This document shows positions 1 through 9,261 of a stretch of 64,000 nt of DNA, in pieces (positions within the stretch are counted from its first letter, which is position 1; each line of letters starts with the position of its first letter). The position numbers and the translations under genes were made by a program. The stretch lies in assembly GCA_965248445.1 (NCBI GenBank), contig CBDFJG010000004.1, positions 1,728,001 to 1,792,000 of the forward strand, in the 5' to 3' direction. The notes beneath the pieces were generated by a model, which worked only from the letters and a program-made list of their open reading frames with translations, had not been told where the DNA came from and made no database searches. Origin of the DNA: Planctomycetota bacterium. GTDB lineage: Bacteria > Planctomycetota > JAJSAM01 > JAJVHW01.

Positions 1-640
1 TCGCGTTACCCGGGAGCGGCCAGGTGAACGGCCAGTCGGGCAACTCGCCGGCCAGCATGCGGTAGAGCACCAGCCCGACGCAGAAGACGTCGCTGCGCAA
101 CGACGGCCGTCCCATCGCCTGCTCCGGTGCCATGTACCCGAGGGTGCCGGCACCGGTGCCCCACAGCGTGCGCTGCGCGTGTTTCGCCAGGCCGAAGTCG
201 CCGAGCTTCGCGACGTTGCCTGGGAACAGGATCACGTTGTCCGGCTTCACGTCGCGGTGGACGATGCGGCGGTCGTGCGCGTACGCGAGTGCCTGGAGCA
301 TCTGCTCGAACATGTCGAGCGCTGTCTTCGCTCCCATGCGCCGCCGCATGCGCTCGTGCAGCGACTCGACGCCGAGCGGAGTCGCGACGACGAGCCGGCT
401 GTTGATCTCGTCCGCATTCTTGATCGGCAGGATGTTCGGGTGATCGAGCCGGACCATCAACCGGATCTCGCGCCGCATGAGATCGCGATCCGATGCCTTC
501 GCATCCTTCGGCAACACCTTCAACGCGACGCGGATGTTCTCGATCGTGTCGCGCGCCTCGTACACCGAACCGAATCCGCCACTCGCGATGTGCCGCACGA
601 TGCGGTACTTGCCGAGTCGGGTTCTGGCGCGGAGTGGCAT
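1..640 (-). CDS. Serine/threonine protein kinase (3' end runs off the window edge)
   Basis: Manual translation from ATG at 640: MPLRARTRLGKYRIVRHIASGGFGSVY...VALKVL...HRDVKPDNV...DFGLAK...GTLGYMAPEQ...SDVF. Complete Hanks-kinase motifs. Missing from the ORF track because it has no stop inside the window. Confidence 0.92.
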   Translation of the reverse strand, partial: MPLRARTRLGKYRIVRHIASGGFGSVYEARDTIENIRVALKVLPKDAKASDRDLMRREIRLMVRLDHPNILPIKNADEINSRLVVATPLGVESLHERMRRRMGAKTALDMFEQMLQALAYAHDRRIVHRDVKPDNVILFPGNVAKLGDFGLAKHAQRTLWGTGAGTLGYMAPEQAMGRPSLRSDVFCVGLVLYRMLAGELPDWPFTWPLPGNA

Positions 641-982
641 GGTTGGATGCGCCGCTCCGAGGGTCCCTCGGAGGCGGACCCGAGAGGTTACGAGAAGCAC
701 CGACACAGGCCGAGCGCCGGCTCGGTCCGCGGACCGAATTCCGCGCGCGATGGCTCGGGGGTGGACACCCGCCCGGACCGGGGCTTCCGGTGCCGGCCTT
801 CGCGTTCCCGCTACCTGCGAAGCCAAGGCGGCGCGGCGGTTGCCACGCGACCGCCGTGACGCCGTAGTAGGCCGACCGGGCGTCCCGACCGAGAGGGATC
901 ACCCTCCTCAGACGACCGCTTCGGGCGCTCGGACGGCCCCAGCAACACGTAACGCGCGGAAGTTGCCCCGCAACTGACGTGA

Positions 983-1693
983 CTACAACTCGAGGACGAG
1001 GATGCGGTGGCAGTTGCGACAGAGGATGACCTCTGTGCCCGCGTGCAGGTCCGAGATGTCCTGCGGCCGGACGGCCATCTGGCAGCCCTGGCAGTACTCG
1101 CCATGCACGGCCACGACGGCGGTCCCGCTCGAGAGGTTGCCGGAGCGGATGCGGTCATACAGCGTGAGCTTGGCCGGGATGATCGCCCCCGCCAGTTCGC
1201 TCCGGGCGGCCTGCTGGGTCTCGAAATCGGCCTCCAGACCCTGACGCTGCCCCTCCAGCCGGGACTCCGCGGCCCGCAGGGCCGCCTCGGCGTCCTTCTG
1301 CAGGCCCCGGGCCGCGTCCTCGGTGCGCTCCTTCTCCTCGACGTCGTCCATGGCCAGGAGGATCAGCTCCTCGAGCTTGCCGTTCTCGGCCTGCTTGGTC
1401 CCGATCTCGAGCTGGATCGCCGCGAACTCCTTGTTGGTCGAGGCGGTGTTCAGCTTGACCTGGAACCTCTTGACCCTGTCCTCGCTGGCCTGGAGGTCGG
1501 TCTCGTGGGAGTGCAGTGCGGCCTGGGAGTGTTGGAGCACCCCGTGGGCCGCCTCGACCACGGCCTTGGCCTTCTCGAGGTCCGCCTGGGCGCCGTGCAG
1601 GCCCTTGTGCAGATCGTCGATCCGGGTCCGCAGCGCGTTGAGGTCCAGATCCATCCGCTGCAATGCGATCAGCTGCTCGAGCGTCTCTCTCAC
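983..1693 (-). CDS. Coiled-coil protein with C-terminal C4-type zinc ribbon (CT398/zf-RING_7-like)
   Basis: Long coiled coil followed by CQGC...CRNC; lies downstream of rpoD; GTG start at 1693 (VRETLEQLIALQ) preferred over 1726. Confidence 0.85.
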   Translation of the reverse strand: MRETLEQLIALQRMDLDLNALRTRIDDLHKGLHGAQADLEKAKAVVEAAHGVLQHSQAALHSHETDLQASEDRVKRFQVKLNTASTNKEFAAIQLEIGTKQAENGKLEELILLAMDDVEEKERTEDAARGLQKDAEAALRAAESRLEGQRQGLEADFETQQAARSELAGAIIPAKLTLYDRIRSGNLSSGTAVVAVHGEYCQGCQMAVRPQDISDLHAGTEVILCRNCHRILVLEL

Positions 1694-1741
1694 GTCCGTC
1701 GTCCTTCGCTTCTGCGCATGATGCACACCGCCCTACCAACG

Positions 1742-1773
1742 CGAAAGGGCCCGGCTCGCGCCGGGCCCTTTCG
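1742..1773 (-). terminator. GC-rich hairpin, probable intrinsic terminator or processing stem after rpoD
   Basis: Perfect inverted repeat cgaaagggcccgg-N6-ccgggccctttcg just 3' of the rpoD stop; U-tract is short. Confidence 0.65.
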
Positions 1774-1778
1774 GGGTG

Positions 1779-3479
1779 TCACTCGTTCCCCACCGAGTCG
1801 AGGAAGCCCTCGAGCTTCCTCGCTCGCACCGGGTGCTGGAGCTTTCGCACCGCCTTCGCTTCGATCTGGCGCACGCGCTCGCGCGTCACCTTGAAGATGC
1901 GACCCACCTCCTCGAGCGTGTAGGTGTAGCCGTCGCCGATGCCGTACCGCAGCTTGATGATCTCGCGCTCGCGGAACGTCAGCGTCTGCAGGACCTTCTC
2001 GATCTTGTCCTTCAGCATCTCGTGCGTGGCCGCGTTCACCGGCGACTCGGCGCTGCCGTCCTCGATGAAGTCGCCGAAGTAGCTGTCGTCGCTGTCGCCG
2101 ATCGGGCAGTCCAGCGAGATCGGATGCTTGGCGATCTTGAAGACGCGCTTCGTCTCGTCGACCGAGATCTCGGACGCGGCCGCGATCTCCTCGATCGTCG
2201 GTTCGCGACCCTTCTTCTGCACCAGGTCCTTGGTGACGTTGCGCAGCTTCGACATCGTCTCGATCATGTGGACCGGGATACGGATAGTGCGCGCCTGATC
2301 GGCGATCGACCGCGTGATGGCCTGGCGGATCCACCAGGTCGCGTACGTCGAGAACTTGTATCCGCGGCGGAACTCGTACTTCTCGACCGCCTTCATCAGG
2401 CCGGTGTTGCCCTCCTGGATGAGGTCGAGGAACGAGAGTCCGCGGTTCCTGTACTTCTTCGCGATCGAGACCACGAGGCGCAGGTTGCCGCTCGAGAGGT
2501 TCTGCTTCGCCAGTTCGTAGCCGTTGAACTCGTGGCGGATCTGCTGGCGCAGGCGGCGGCGCAGGCGAGCCGGCGCCTCGCACGCGTTCAGCGTGATCTG
2601 CGCGATGCGGTCCTTGACCTCTTCGCGCTCCTGCACGACGGCGGCGCTCGACGAGCGCGACGCATCGAGGTCACGCACTCGGCGCTCAAGGCGGTCGAGC
2701 TCGCGCACGGTCGCAGCGATCTCGTCCATCACAGGCTTCAGCTTCTTGATCTGGATGTTCAGCTCTTCGAGCAGCCTGCGGCCGCGGCGCCGGCGCTCGC
2801 AAAGCCGGCGGGACACGAGGACGCGCTTCTTCTTGCTGCGCGCGACGGTCAGCTCGAGTAGGTCACCGCGCATCGCGTTCAACATGGCGCGAAGAGTGGC
2901 GACGTGCTCCGGCAGCCGCTGCTGCGTGTTCTGCTTGCTGTTGTCGATCTGCGGGTTGACCTTGAGGGTCCGGTCGAACGCGAGTTCACCGCGCATCACG
3001 TCCTCGAGCAGGCGCACCGACAGTTCGAGCGCCATGCCGCAGGACAGCAACTTCTCGCGATAGCGCTTCCGCGTCCGCTCGATGGTCTTCGCAAGCCAGA
3101 TCTCCTGCTCGCGCGTCAGCAACGGGATCTCGCCCATCTGCGTCAGGTACATGCGGACGGGATCGTCGATGCGCTCGACGGGCGTCTGCATCGTGAGCGG
3201 ATCGATGGCCGACTTCTGCACCGGCTCGAGCGTCTTCTTCTGGCGCAGCTGACGCGCATCGACGTCTTCGGCGGCTGTCGCCTCGGCGTCGTACGTGTGC
3301 GCCTCCTCGACGAGCTCGATGTTCAGCTCGTCGAGCTGCTGCGCGATCTTGTCGAGTGCCTGCTCCGACGCAGTGATCTCATCGGGCAGCATCCGATGCA
3401 CTTCGTCGATGGTGACGTAGCCCTTGCGGCGCCCCTCTTTGATGAGGGCCTTGAGCTCGGGGTCGATCCGGTCGTTCAT
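1779..3479 (-). CDS. rpoD: RNA polymerase primary sigma factor RpoD
   Basis: Region 1.1, [17 protein letters not shown] (1.2), [56 protein letters not shown]...[12 protein letters not shown]; follows dnaG. Confidence 0.97.
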   Translation of the reverse strand: MNDRIDPELKALIKEGRRKGYVTIDEVHRMLPDEITASEQALDKIAQQLDELNIELVEEAHTYDAEATAAEDVDARQLRQKKTLEPVQKSAIDPLTMQTPVERIDDPVRMYLTQMGEIPLLTREQEIWLAKTIERTRKRYREKLLSCGMALELSVRLLEDVMRGELAFDRTLKVNPQIDNSKQNTQQRLPEHVATLRAMLNAMRGDLLELTVARSKKKRVLVSRRLCERRRRGRRLLEELNIQIKKLKPVMDEIAATVRELDRLERRVRDLDASRSSSAAVVQEREEVKDRIAQITLNACEAPARLRRRLRQQIRHEFNGYELAKQNLSSGNLRLVVSIAKKYRNRGLSFLDLIQEGNTGLMKAVEKYEFRRGYKFSTYATWWIRQAITRSIADQARTIRIPVHMIETMSKLRNVTKDLVQKKGREPTIEEIAAASEISVDETKRVFKIAKHPISLDCPIGDSDDSYFGDFIEDGSAESPVNAATHEMLKDKIEKVLQTLTFREREIIKLRYGIGDGYTYTLEEVGRIFKVTRERVRQIEAKAVRKLQHPVRARKLEGFLDSVGNE

Positions 3480-3530
3480 GGGCGGATTCGTGCTCCGGTC
3501 GGGGTCGTCAGAAACGGCGGAGAAGGGCGC

Positions 3531-3571
3531 CCTGTGCACCCCTCACTGGATCCTGTGCACCCCTCACTGGA
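3531..3571. repeat. Perfect 20-bp direct repeat (cctgtgcacccctcactgga x2, 1-nt spacer) upstream of rpoD
   Basis: Copies at 3531-3550 and 3552-3571, read directly from the sequence. Confidence 0.9.
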
Positions 3572-3738
3572 AGACGTGCGGCGGAAAGCTGTGCCGAACT
3601 CCTGAATCTACAGTCTCAATGCGATGGGGAGAAGCTCCCACCGCTTTGACTCATTCCGAGAATCGGACCTCCCGGAGCGTACCCCACGATTCGGACGAGC
3701 CCATTCGGACGAGAGCGGCGAGCCTGGACAGGGTCGCA

Positions 3739-5607
3739 CTAAGCGGGGTTCCCGTCGGGGGCTCCCGGGAGTTGATCCGGGCTGCCCTCCGGTCGATCTG
3801 CTGCCTCCGAATCGAGGGGCTGGCCCGCCGCGCCGGACGCCCGGCGCCGGTGGAAGTCGACGAGGTCGCGCAGCCGGGCCGCCTCCTCGGCTCCCCCGTC
3901 CGCCTCGCGCAGGGCGTCGTGGAGTCCGCGAGCCTCGACGCGCTGGCGGAGCCTGTCGAGGCAGTCGCGGCCCTGGCGCAGCAGGTCGGTCTTGCCGGCG
4001 GCCTGGTCGAGGAGCGCCGCGCCGAGAGCCGCCAGTTCGGGATCAGCGAGGCCTCCCACGACGGCCTCGCCGGTGCTGCCTCGCTCGCGACCGTCGCGGA
4101 GCGCCGACACCAGGCCGCGCACGAGCGAGTGTCCGAGGAGCCCCGCGTCCTCGTCCGTGATCTGGTCGAGGAACTCGGTGGAGCAGAGCGCCGACTCGAG
4201 GAGCAGTCTCTCGAGAGTCGTCGGCGGCCGCTCGGGCGGACGGACCTCGTCGTCAGAGGCAGGAGCGGGCTGAGCGGGTAGCGCCGCGGCCGGGCGGGCG
4301 GGCCGGCGCAGGGCGTTCAGGCGCTCCTCGACCGCGTGCTCGGGGATGCCGAGTTCATCGGCGAGTTGGCGCACGAGGAGCGCAGAGCGAACCGGGTCGG
4401 TCACGTCGGCGACGACCTGCAACACGTCCGCCGCCGCTGCAGAGAGCGCAGCCGTCCCCTCGCCGCCGTGCGCGGCCACCCGCGCCCGTACCAAGAAGCG
4501 GAAGGCGTCCTGGCTCGTGTCGAGGTGGCCGCGCAGCGCGTCGAGCCCGCCGCCGACGACGATGTCGGCCGGGTCGCTGCCGGGGGGCAGAGTGACGACC
4601 CGCGGGTTCGCGTCTTGGGCGAGGAACGCCGCGGACGCCCGCTCGGCCGCGCGCTGGCCAGCTGCATCGCCGTCGTAGAGCAGGAACACGCGGCCGGGCA
4701 ACCTGACGTGCCGAGCGAGGAGCGCCGCCTGCCGCTCGGTCAGCGCCGTGCCGAGACCGGCAACCGCCACCTTGTACCCGTGCTGGTGGGCCAGGACCAC
4801 GTCGGTGTAGCCCTCCATGACGGCCGCCTCGCGGTCCTCCTGCATGGCTGCGCGCGCGAGGTGCAGGGCGTAGAGGTGGCGGCCCTTCTGGAAGAGCGGC
4901 GTCTCCGGCGAGTTCAGGTACTTCGGCTCGTCGTCGCCGAGCGTGCGGGCGCCGAATGCGATCACGCGGCCCTGCGTGTCGGCGATGGGGAACACGACGC
5001 GATCACGAAAACGGTCGTAGGTCTTCTCGCGGTCTCCATCCGTGCGATGCACCACGAGACCGGCGTCCACGAGTTCGGGGACGCTGAATCCGCCACGTTG
5101 TGCTGCTCCGAGGAGGCGGTCCCACCCGGGCGGCGCGTACCCGAGCCGGAAGTCGCGCGCGGTCTCGCCGCTGATCTCCCGGCGCTGGAAGTACGCGCGG
5201 GCGCGCTCTCCGTCCGGCCCGCGGAGCGCGGCCTCGAAGAAGCGGCACGCCCACTCGCACGCCTCGAGCAGGCGCGTGCGGCGGCCCGTGCGCTTCGCCT
5301 CCTCGGGAGTCGCGGACGGAGGCGAGATGCCGGCTTGGCGGGCGAGCTGCAGGACGGCTTCGCGGAACGTCGCGCCCTCCTTCTCGCAGACGAAGCCGAA
5401 TACGTTCCCGGACTTGCCGCAGCCGAAGCACTTCCACGTCGTTGTCTCGGGCCACACGACGAACGACGGCGTCTTCTCGCGGTGGAACGGGCACAGGCCC
5501 TTGAGGGAGCCGCCCTGTTTGCGCAGCGTCACGTGCCGTCCGATCACCTCCGCGGCGTCGACGGTCAGTCGCACCTGTTCGATGAAGTCGTCGGGGAGGA
5601 GGGCCAC
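3739..5607 (-). CDS. dnaG: DNA primase
   Basis: Zinc-binding CPFHREKTPSF...CFGC, DRFRDRVVFPI, KYLNSPET, MEGYTDV, Toprim YDGDAAG. Real start is GTG at 5607, not the track start 6372. Confidence 0.97.
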   Translation of the reverse strand: MALLPDDFIEQVRLTVDAAEVIGRHVTLRKQGGSLKGLCPFHREKTPSFVVWPETTTWKCFGCGKSGNVFGFVCEKEGATFREAVLQLARQAGISPPSATPEEAKRTGRRTRLLEACEWACRFFEAALRGPDGERARAYFQRREISGETARDFRLGYAPPGWDRLLGAAQRGGFSVPELVDAGLVVHRTDGDREKTYDRFRDRVVFPIADTQGRVIAFGARTLGDDEPKYLNSPETPLFQKGRHLYALHLARAAMQEDREAAVMEGYTDVVLAHQHGYKVAVAGLGTALTERQAALLARHVRLPGRVFLLYDGDAAGQRAAERASAAFLAQDANPRVVTLPPGSDPADIVVGGGLDALRGHLDTSQDAFRFLVRARVAAHGGEGTAALSAAAADVLQVVADVTDPVRSALLVRQLADELGIPEHAVEERLNALRRPARPAAALPAQPAPASDDEVRPPERPPTTLERLLLESALCSTEFLDQITDEDAGLLGHSLVRGLVSALRDGRERGSTGEAVVGGLADPELAALGAALLDQAAGKTDLLRQGRDCLDRLRQRVEARGLHDALREADGGAEEAARLRDLVDFHRRRASGAAGQPLDSEAADRPEGSPDQLPGAPDGNPA

Positions 5608-5829
5608 GGGTCGTCTCGCCGGTCGTTTGGGTCGTCGCGCCACGGAGAGCCGCGGGCCGCACATGGTAGCGGCCGGATGCCCCGACGGCCTGTGCGACCG
5701 CCCGCTATCTGTCGTGTGCGGCCGAGCGTGAGCCGAGCCTGGGTCGGCGGCTGCCCTCAAGCGTCGCCGCCACAGCTTCCGATGCTTCTCAGGGGCACCA
5801 CTGCGGCTGGCCGCAGGGAGAGAGCAACG

Positions 5830-6537
5830 ATGTTCCGAGTGACGCTCGTCGAGGGCGAGGACGAACTGGCCGAGTTCACGTTCGACCAAGAAGTCGTGAC
5901 GATCGGCCGCGACCGTCACTGCGACATCATCGTGGCCAACGCGCGGGCGTCGCGCTACCACGCGACCATCGAGCGGACGCACCGTGGGTACGTGCTGGCG
6001 GACCTGAGCAGCCACAACGGCACGTTCGTCCACGGGAAGCGGGTCCGCCATCACCGCCTCGACGACGAGGACGCCTTCTCGATCGCGCGGCAGACGTTCC
6101 GGTTCCTGCAGACCGAGTCCACCGACGAACTGGATGAACTCGAGGAGGAGCTCAGCTTCTCGTCGTCGCAGTCGCAGCCCGTGGTGATCGAGCCGGGACT
6201 CGAGACGGAGCCCGACCTCGATGTGGTGCTCCAGGAGATCAAGGCGTCGCCGCCGGCGCGGCTCGTCCAGCTCGCACCAACCCGCCGGGTCTTCGACATC
6301 GACGGCGAACGTGTCGTGATCGGCCGCAACGCCGCTTCTGAGATTCGCCTCCACGGTCTCCTGGTTCCGCATCAGGCGGCTGTGCTGGTGCGAGAGGACG
6401 ACGCCTACCGCGTACTCGGTGTGTCACGTCGGTTCCGTCTGAACGGACGGCGCGCGGAAGGGGTGGCGCTGAAAGACGGCGACCTCCTCACGATCGGGCG
6501 GCACCGCTTCCGCTACGTCATCGACCAGCGGGACTGA
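5830..6537 (+). CDS. Protein with two FHA domains
   Basis: IGRDRHCDI...ASRYHA...DLSSHNGTFV (FHA 1), acidic linker, VIGRNAASEI...LKDGDLLTIG (degenerate FHA 2); ATG at 5830 after gggagag. Confidence 0.88.
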   Translation: MFRVTLVEGEDELAEFTFDQEVVTIGRDRHCDIIVANARASRYHATIERTHRGYVLADLSSHNGTFVHGKRVRHHRLDDEDAFSIARQTFRFLQTESTDELDELEEELSFSSSQSQPVVIEPGLETEPDLDVVLQEIKASPPARLVQLAPTRRVFDIDGERVVIGRNAASEIRLHGLLVPHQAAVLVREDDAYRVLGVSRRFRLNGRRAEGVALKDGDLLTIGRHRFRYVIDQRD

Positions 6538-6603
6538 GGTTCTCGCTGCGGACCCACGCGAGCGCGTCTCGACTCATCGCCACCAGCTCAACGGGACACC
6601 GGC

Positions 6604-6981
6604 TCAACCGGACACCGGAACCGTCCACATGAACGCGAACCCCACGGTGCGCGCGACGAGCGCGGTGCTCGCGATCCAACGATGCCACAGGCGCACACGC
6701 GGGGCCGGTCCGCCGAGGAGCAACCGCGCACCCAGCGCGAGCGTCGGGAGGTAGAGCACCACCGCCACGACACTCGCCACGACGTGCCAGGTCTCGCCGG
6801 TTCCCATGGGCTCGGTGCGGACCTGTGCGATCACGCTCCGCTGGACCTCGAGCGCGACCACGATTCCGAGGTCGAGCAGGATGCCGGCGAGCACGAGCGG
6901 AACGTGTACCCGGCGCCGCTTCCGGGCAGCCCAACCGGCGACCAGGAGGACGAACGCGATCGATGCGAGCGCGAAGTGCAC
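6604..6981 (-). CDS. Four-helix membrane protein, DUF420-like
   Basis: Four hydrophobic segments with spaced His residues (RVHVP, WHVVAS, WHRWIA); aaggag SD before GTG at 6981. Confidence 0.65.
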   Translation of the reverse strand: MHFALASIAFVLLVAGWAARKRRRVHVPLVLAGILLDLGIVVALEVQRSVIAQVRTEPMGTGETWHVVASVVAVVLYLPTLALGARLLLGGPAPRVRLWHRWIASTALVARTVGFAFMWTVPVSG

Positions 6982-7159
6982 GGTCTCCTTCCCAGTCAGG
7001 CCACCCGAGGATGTCACCTACCACGTGGACGAGCCTCGGATTGTGCCGCCTGCGGTCGGGGCCGAGGAACTTCCCTCCGGAGACGCCCGGCGAGCCTGGC
7101 ACAGCTTGGATCAGGCCTTCTCTCTCAGGCTGGAACGGCCGGGTGCCCGATGAGGATGC

Positions 7160-8953
7160 GTGGCTGCGTACCCAGACCCTGTAGCACCCCTCGAGGAGAG
7201 ACTCCCCGACTCCGGGCCCGCCCGCGAGCGAGCCCGCGTGGCGAGGCTCGAGGCCGATCTCGGCCGCGCCGTCGAGGAGCGGGCTCACCAGTCTCGGATG
7301 GTGCGTGAGGAGCTGGACCGCCTCTCCAAGATCTACGACCGTCTGCGCGCTGACCTCGCGGGCGCGCAGGGCGAACGCGATCAAGCGCTCGAGGACGCCC
7401 GCCGCGAGCGCGAACTGCGGGCCCGGGAGACCCTCGAACTCGCCGAGCAGTTGGAGGAGGCGCGGCAGAACGCATCGTCCCCCGCCGCCGCCGGTGCCGA
7501 GGAGTCCCGCGCGCGATTCGTGGAGGAGCGGTTGCGCCTCGTCCCAGAGGAACGCCGGGAGCTCGCTCCGGGTGAACTGCCCGAACTCGAAGGGTTCCGG
7601 ATCATCGAGGAGATCGGTCGCGGCGGCATGGCCACGGTGTTCCGCGCCGAGAACAAGGCGGACGGCGAGACCGTCGCGATCAAGCTGCTGCACGAAGGCA
7701 GCAAGGCGAACCGCACGCGCACCGAGCTGTTCCTCCGCGAAGCCGCAGTCATGCTGCAGCTCGACCACCCCGCGTTGCTCCGCGCGATCGACGCCGGTGA
7801 CTGCCGCTACGGCCGGTACCTCGTGCTTCCGCTGGTACGCGGACGGAGTCTCGCCGCGCGCGCGCGGCGCGAAGGACCGCTCGGCGAAGAGGAGTCCGTG
7901 CGCATCGCGCTCGAGATCGGTCGCGCGCTGCGCTACTGCGCGCGCATCGGACTGACGCATCGCGACGTCAAGCCGAGCAACATCATGCAGGACGAAGAGG
8001 GGCGCGTGCGTCTCTGCGACTTCGGCCTCGCGGCGCTGGACGACGGTGACTCCGGGCGGCCCTACGGCTCCCCGGGATACGCGGCGCCGGAACAGCTCTC
8101 GACGCCCGACGAGGTCGACGAGCGCGCGGACATCTACGCGCTCGGATGCTCGCTGTGGCACTTGGTCGTCGGCCGCCGGCCGTTCCCGGGGTCGCCGCGC
8201 AAGTCGTTCGAGGAAGCGCGCCGCAACGACGTCCCCGACCCGCGCTTCGAGGGCGCCGACGTCTCCCGCCGCCTCGCCCAGGTGATCCGCCGCATGACGC
8301 GCTGCAAGCGCACACGTCGTTACCGCAACTGGGACGAGTGCCTCCTCGACCTGATGCTCGTCGAGAAGGGCAATCCGCCGTTCGCGGCGCACCTCGCCGA
8401 CGCGCTCGCTCCGGAGCTGCGTCACGACGGCGCCGGCGCGGTGCCGCCGGTCGCTCCGATCGGCGGCACGCTCAACGCGTCGCCGCCGCTGACCGGTGAG
8501 TCGGGGCAGTTCCCTTCGCCTGTTCGCCCGTCGATCACTGCGACAGGCACGGGCGAACAGATGCCGGAAGAGCGGACAGCGTTCGATCGTCTCTCTGCCG
8601 CCCTGCGCGGGGCCGAGGACGCAGCCGGCGACATCGCCGTTCCCGACGAGTCGGGCGGCAGCGAATCCGGCCTCGTGAAATTCGACAACGCGCTGGCTCG
8701 CCTGCTCGACGTTGCAGCCTCCCACCGGGGGCTGCTCGTCACCGTGGCGCTCGCGTTCCTGCTGATCGGGCTCCTGGCGGGCGCGCAGTTCGGCGGGGAC
8801 TCGACGGTCTCCCGGCTGAGGGACGAGGCCATCGTCCTGGCCTCCCGCGGCGAGGGGCGCGAGGCCGCAGCCTCCCTTCGGGCCGCCGCCCGCCTCGTGT
8901 CCAGCGACGAGGCCGAAGAACTCCTCCAACTCGCTCGCGAGCTCGAGAAGTAA
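7160..8953 (+). CDS. Membrane-anchored Ser/Thr kinase with N-terminal coiled coil
   Basis: IGRGGMATVF, VAIKLL, HRDVKPSNIM, DFG, GSPGYAAPEQ, DIYALG; one TM segment near the C-terminus. Confidence 0.92.
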   Translation: MAAYPDPVAPLEERLPDSGPARERARVARLEADLGRAVEERAHQSRMVREELDRLSKIYDRLRADLAGAQGERDQALEDARRERELRARETLELAEQLEEARQNASSPAAAGAEESRARFVEERLRLVPEERRELAPGELPELEGFRIIEEIGRGGMATVFRAENKADGETVAIKLLHEGSKANRTRTELFLREAAVMLQLDHPALLRAIDAGDCRYGRYLVLPLVRGRSLAARARREGPLGEEESVRIALEIGRALRYCARIGLTHRDVKPSNIMQDEEGRVRLCDFGLAALDDGDSGRPYGSPGYAAPEQLSTPDEVDERADIYALGCSLWHLVVGRRPFPGSPRKSFEEARRNDVPDPRFEGADVSRRLAQVIRRMTRCKRTRRYRNWDECLLDLMLVEKGNPPFAAHLADALAPELRHDGAGAVPPVAPIGGTLNASPPLTGESGQFPSPVRPSITATGTGEQMPEERTAFDRLSAALRGAEDAAGDIAVPDESGGSESGLVKFDNALARLLDVAASHRGLLVTVALAFLLIGLLAGAQFGGDSTVSRLRDEAIVLASRGEGREAAASLRAAARLVSSDEAEELLQLARELEK

Positions 8954-8974
8954 GCCGCACTTGCCGGTTTCCCG

Positions 8975-8991
8975 GCTGACGTAACGTCAGC
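8975..8991. promoter_or_regulatory. Perfect 8-1-8 palindrome GCTGACGT-A-ACGTCAGC, candidate operator
   Basis: Read directly from intergenic sequence; the binding protein is unknown. Confidence 0.4.
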
Positions 8992-9261
8992 TTTACGTTC
9001 TCGCGACGCGTCCGAGCCTGAGACTCCCGGCACGGGGGTTGCAAAACAGAGAGCAAGTTCCCGCTTGGGGACGGACAGGCAAAGTCCCCCTCGCGAGGGA
9101 GAAGTGCTCTCCGCGAGGTCCGGGACCGGTTCCCAGGGTTTCACCCGTGTGGGTGAGGCGGATGCGCCGCCAAGGACCCATCCTGGTGTTCCGGTCCCGG
9201 TGTGGGACGCCGCACTCGCGGCACGAGCGCCCCTGACTCGAGCGCGCGGTACGATCCGCCA

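Noticed and set aside
740..945. tmRNA or SRP RNA (GGGGC start; CAGG...GGAA segment)
   Set aside because: No GAUUCGAC, T-loop or CCA end, and no CAGG-N-GGAAG-N-AGCAG SRP helix.
3602..3620. Fur-like box upstream of rpoD (AGTCTCAA half-site)
   Set aside because: Only one good half-site, and the spacing differs from the suf palindrome.
3739..6537. Giant overlapping dnaG (877 aa) and FHA (733 aa) fusions; likewise the extended Tex and ClC ORFs
   Set aside because: The extensions are antisense read-ins of the divergent neighbour; motif-based starts are 5607, 5830, 24833 and 24934.
8950..9216. RNase P RNA (fragments ACAGAGAGCAA, GCAAAGTCC and CGGCTTAC resemble rnpB motifs)
   Set aside because: The motifs are in the wrong order and on mixed strands, GAGGAAAGUCC is absent, and the region is too short.
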